Shown in pieces: positions 45,169 through 48,052 of a stretch of 48,052 bases of DNA. The notes below the pieces were generated by a model. It was not told where the DNA came from, did not search any database, and saw only the letters and a list, made by a program, of their open reading frames with translations. Every line of letters starts with the position of its first letter. Position 1 is the first letter of the stretch. The position numbers were made by a program, and so were the translations under genes. Source of the DNA: Thermoprotei archaeon (GTDB lineage: Archaea; Thermoproteota; Thermoprotei_A; EX4484-217-1); contig JAGGUY010000001.1 in the NCBI GenBank assembly GCA_021158265.1, positions 1 through 48,052 on the forward strand. Direction: 5' to 3'.

Positions 45169-46479
45169 ATGTCCCAAAACATTATATTCAAGTTGAGGTT
45201 AGAAGCATTGGTTTCATATGTTAAATATCTAAAATGTAGTAGATGTGGACATATATACTATCTTAATGAAAAACCAATCGTTTGTAAAAACAGAGATTTA
45301 GGAAGACTGGATATATTCTATGATTATGAAAAAATAAAGAATGTTATGACTAAGGAAGCTTTAGCGAAAAGACCATTTTATCAGTGGAGATATCGTGAAC
45401 TAATGCCTGTAAGCGATGATAAACACATTGTAACCTTAGGTGAAGGAGGAACACCCTTAATCAAAGCTAAAAGACTTGCAGAAAAATTCGGAGTAAGGAA
45501 TCTCTACTTAAAAGATGAAACAAGAAATCCGACAGGTAGTTTTAAGGATAGGGGAATGACCGTAGCGGTAAGTATGGCTCTAGAGTTCGGCTATAAAGTC
45601 ACAGTTACTGCGTCAAGTGGTAATGCAGCAGCAGCTTTAGCAGCATATAGTGCTAAAGCAGGTCTTGAAACATACGCTTTCGTTATTGAAGAAGCAGGCT
45701 ATGGTAAAGTAGCGCAACTACTCTTCTATGGTGCAAAAGTTTTCAGAGTTAAGGGGCTGGGTAAGGAGGATCCTACCGTTAAAATGATGAAAATGACCTA
45801 TGAGAAGTATGGATGGTATCCTAGCCCAAGCTTCGGACCCTATAATCCATACCAAATAGAGGGGCCTAAAGCAATATCTTACGAAATAGTTGAGCAACTA
45901 GGATGGAATACTCCAGACTGGGTAATTGTCCCTGTAGGAGCCGCTGCTTTACTAACAAGTGTTTGGAAAGGATTTAGAGACTTTAAAGAACTAGGGTTCA
46001 TCAATGACTTACCTCATTTAGTAGCGATACAGTCTACAGGCAATGCTCCATTTGTAAGGGCATGGAAGGAGAAAGCAGAACCCTTCAAAATTAAACCGTG
46101 GGATAAACCTGAAACAATAGCTACAGGACTTGAAGACCCATATCCATGGGATCATGATGGTGGTCTTAAGGCATTAAATGAAACCAAAGGTGTTGCTGAA
46201 GCGGTTCCTGACGAACTAATTTTGGAAGCAATGAAGCTACTAGCTAAATATGAAGGAATATTTGCTGAGCCTTCAGGTGTTGCAAGCCTTGCTGGATACA
46301 TGAAGCTTCTTGAAGATGGAGTAATCGATAAAGGAGACACGGCTGTTATTCTAATTACAGGTCATGGCTTAAAAGATCCAGACATAGTTAAGAAAGTTAG
46401 TGGCGATGCACCCGTAATAGAGCCAACATTAGAGAATTTTGAAAAGACCCTAAAGGAATTTTATGGTAAAACTAAGTAA
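45169..46479 (+). CDS. thrC: threonine synthase family PLP enzyme with an N-terminal zinc ribbon
   Basis: 436 aa. Contains KCSRCGH...VCKN, the PLP-lysine motif NPTGSFKDRG, SSGNAAAA and ITGHGLKD. Confidence 0.8.
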   Translation: MSQNIIFKLRLEALVSYVKYLKCSRCGHIYYLNEKPIVCKNRDLGRLDIFYDYEKIKNVMTKEALAKRPFYQWRYRELMPVSDDKHIVTLGEGGTPLIKAKRLAEKFGVRNLYLKDETRNPTGSFKDRGMTVAVSMALEFGYKVTVTASSGNAAAALAAYSAKAGLETYAFVIEEAGYGKVAQLLFYGAKVFRVKGLGKEDPTVKMMKMTYEKYGWYPSPSFGPYNPYQIEGPKAISYEIVEQLGWNTPDWVIVPVGAAALLTSVWKGFRDFKELGFINDLPHLVAIQSTGNAPFVRAWKEKAEPFKIKPWDKPETIATGLEDPYPWDHDGGLKALNETKGVAEAVPDELILEAMKLLAKYEGIFAEPSGVASLAGYMKLLEDGVIDKGDTAVILITGHGLKDPDIVKKVSGDAPVIEPTLENFEKTLKEFYGKTK

Positions 46480-46760
46480 ATAAAGGCGGAAGTAAGCAGT
46501 ATTCACCATCGTTTTTACTACACAGTTCTTCTCCATAACCTCTGCAAACACATAATTACCAATATTCATAAACGGTAGAATTTGGAAGATTCGCTGTGAG
46601 ATTTAATGTAAATATATAAAATATCACTATTGTGCTTCACAATAAAATCTTAGAGAACTATTTCAAAAAGCTTATAGTATTAATTAGGAACAAACACACT
46701 AATTTATTGATTAATACTTTAATTCTAAGGGAACAACATTATATTTTGGTGACAAAAAGT

Positions 46761-47804
46761 ATGGTTTTTCTAAGATCTGTTATAACAAATCTTGTCGGTA
46801 AAGATCTTATAACAACTCAGGAATGGACCGTAGAAGAGTTGAGAGCCACATTAGAAGTTGCTAGGGAGCTTAAGAGAATGTATTACTATTTGGGACCATC
46901 GAGGATGCCTGATTATCTTAAGAAGAAAGTGTTCATAATGCTATTTTATGCCCCATCGACAAGAACGAGGTCAGCCTTCGAAACGGCAATGGAGTTACTA
47001 GGCGGGCATGCTCAATATGTTGAAGCCAGAATGACTAGGATGGGTGAAGGAGAGGCGCTTAAAGACATTGCTAAAATGTATGAAATATTCGGTGACGCTG
47101 TTGGAATAAGAATTCTAGATAAGGCAATCGATTACAAGTATGGTGAAGGACATAAGGTGATTAGAGAATTTGCAAAACACGCTAATGTCCCGGTAATAAA
47201 CATGGCTGATGATCAAGAACATCCAACACAAGCTCTAGGAGACATTATGACAATGGAGGAGAAATTGGGTAACGTTAGAGGTAAAAAGTTTGTTATTATG
47301 TGGGGTTACGCTCCAGTAATTAGGGGTTATAGTAGCATACACGCAGACATGCTTATAGCTACAAGGTTCGGTATGGATGTTGTTGTAGCTCATCCACCAG
47401 GATTTGAACTTCCTGAAAAATATGTTGAGTGGGCCAAGCAGAACACTAAGGAATCCGGGGGCTCAATAGAGTTCGTTAACGATTATAGACGAGCACTTGA
47501 AGGAGCGCATGCAGTATTTCCAAGAAGCTGGTGTTCAAGAAAATTGGCTGAACTTGGTGCTTCAAAATTCGGCGAAGAAGAACTCAGAATATACCAGAAA
47601 TACCGTGATTGGAGACTTAAAATGGAAGACCTAGACTTAATGGATAAGCATGGAATAATAACGCATGTTCTCCCTGTACTTAGAGGCTATGAAGCAGACG
47701 ACGAAGTAATGGATTCGCCAAGGTCTGTAATATATGAGCAAGCAGAAAACAATATGTTCGCTAAAGCAGCAGTTCTCCTACTTACAATGGGAGGCTTAGT
47801 TTAA
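46761..47804 (+). CDS. non-canonical carbamoyltransferase, YgeW-like (substrate unassigned)
   Basis: Carbamoyl-phosphate motifs STRTRSAFE and HPTQALGD. The second-substrate regions are atypical: FPRSWCS replaces the OTC DxxxSMG loop, and HVLPVLRG replaces HCLP/HPLP. ATG 46761 is preferred over ORF-track start 46632, whose 43 extra codons cover AT-rich promoter-like DNA. Confidence 0.75.
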   Translation: MVFLRSVITNLVGKDLITTQEWTVEELRATLEVARELKRMYYYLGPSRMPDYLKKKVFIMLFYAPSTRTRSAFETAMELLGGHAQYVEARMTRMGEGEALKDIAKMYEIFGDAVGIRILDKAIDYKYGEGHKVIREFAKHANVPVINMADDQEHPTQALGDIMTMEEKLGNVRGKKFVIMWGYAPVIRGYSSIHADMLIATRFGMDVVVAHPPGFELPEKYVEWAKQNTKESGGSIEFVNDYRRALEGAHAVFPRSWCSRKLAELGASKFGEEELRIYQKYRDWRLKMEDLDLMDKHGIITHVLPVLRGYEADDEVMDSPRSVIYEQAENNMFAKAAVLLLTMGGLV

Positions 47805-47815
47805 ACCCTATCATA

Positions 47816-48052
47816 CTAAATAATTTTTAGAATCAGTATAACATATATCGTAAACATAGCTAATGAAAGAAGGAGAAGTGCCTTAACTAATGCTAAGTGC
47901 TTATCGCCTTTAATACTATAATGTAACATTTTTTGATCACCATGTTTTCTACGTGTAATAATCCAAATAGCTGTTGATATGCTTCCGAAAATTAAACCTA
48001 ATGCAAAAAATATGTAAGCTGTTCCAAAATAGCTTATAATATTATTTAGTGT
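47816..48052 (-). CDS. C-terminal part of a hypothetical membrane protein; the start lies beyond the window
   Basis: My reverse-strand translation is open from the window edge: TLNNIISYFGTAYIFFALGLIFGSISTAIWIITRRKHGDQ...AMFTIYVILILKII-stop. It has two hydrophobic segments and no family motif. Confidence 0.35.
   Translation of the reverse strand, partial: TLNNIISYFGTAYIFFALGLIFGSISTAIWIITRRKHGDQKMLHYSIKGDKHLALVKALLLLSLAMFTIYVILILKII

Noticed and set aside
46632-46760. 43-codon N-terminal extension of the carbamoyltransferase ORF.
   Set aside because: The extension is very AT-rich and Ile/Leu/Asn/Lys-rich, and it contains TATA-like sequence. The family-typical N-terminus begins at ATG 46761.
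1-48052. CRISPR arrays, cas genes, toxin-antitoxin pairs or recognisable defence systems.
   Set aside because: No regularly spaced direct repeats were seen in any intergenic region. No nuclease, helicase, ATPase or other defence-type gene architectures are present. Tpt1, the DHH phosphoesterase and the JAMM protein occur singly, without the partner genes that would suggest a defence module.

Overview
AT-rich, densely packed chromosomal segment that looks archaeal, probably from a hyperthermophilic crenarchaeote-like organism. Supporting gene content: AGOG 8-oxoG glycosylase, Tpt1/KptA, MtrH-like and core-MetE genes, TatAC, substrate-binding proteins with Thr-rich linkers, and TATA-box plus GGAGGT-like start contexts. 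About 45 genes are supported. In order: a leuA-like/leuC/leuD/leuB-type 2-oxoacid elongation cluster; a 1.2-kb non-coding gap with G+C-rich islands; cysteine synthase; a Mo/W-cofactor block with two MoeA paralogues, one fused to a PBP-like domain; an alanine:cation symporter; Tpt1; a Dpp/Opp-type peptide ABC transporter; a CPBP protease; a double-wHTH regulator; a methyl-transfer cluster (core-MetE, RACo-type corrinoid activator, MtrH-like, AGOG, MetV-MetF fusion); a BtuFCD-like importer; a JAMM-motif protein; an Fe-ADH; a purine/nucleoside block (cyclic amidohydrolase, adenine deaminase, COG0402 deaminase, BMP-type nucleoside ABC transporter); TatA/TatC; threonine synthase; and a non-canonical YgeW-like carbamoyltransferase. 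Two things stand out. (1) Two diverged, inversely oriented copies of a ~160-190 nt G+C-rich element (5091-5265 and 20410-20600) are conserved at nucleotide level but not protein level, with pairing-preserving substitutions. They are candidates for an unassigned structured RNA family, and one copy sits as a possible leader of the CPBP protease gene. More unassigned G+C-rich structure lies at 5572-5940. (2) The methyl-transfer cluster reads like a split, non-homologous analogue of cobalamin-dependent methionine synthase but has no recognisable corrinoid-carrier gene. No CRISPR array, transposase, integrase, rRNA or convincing tRNA was seen. All functional calls come from motif recognition by eye, and no database search was run.
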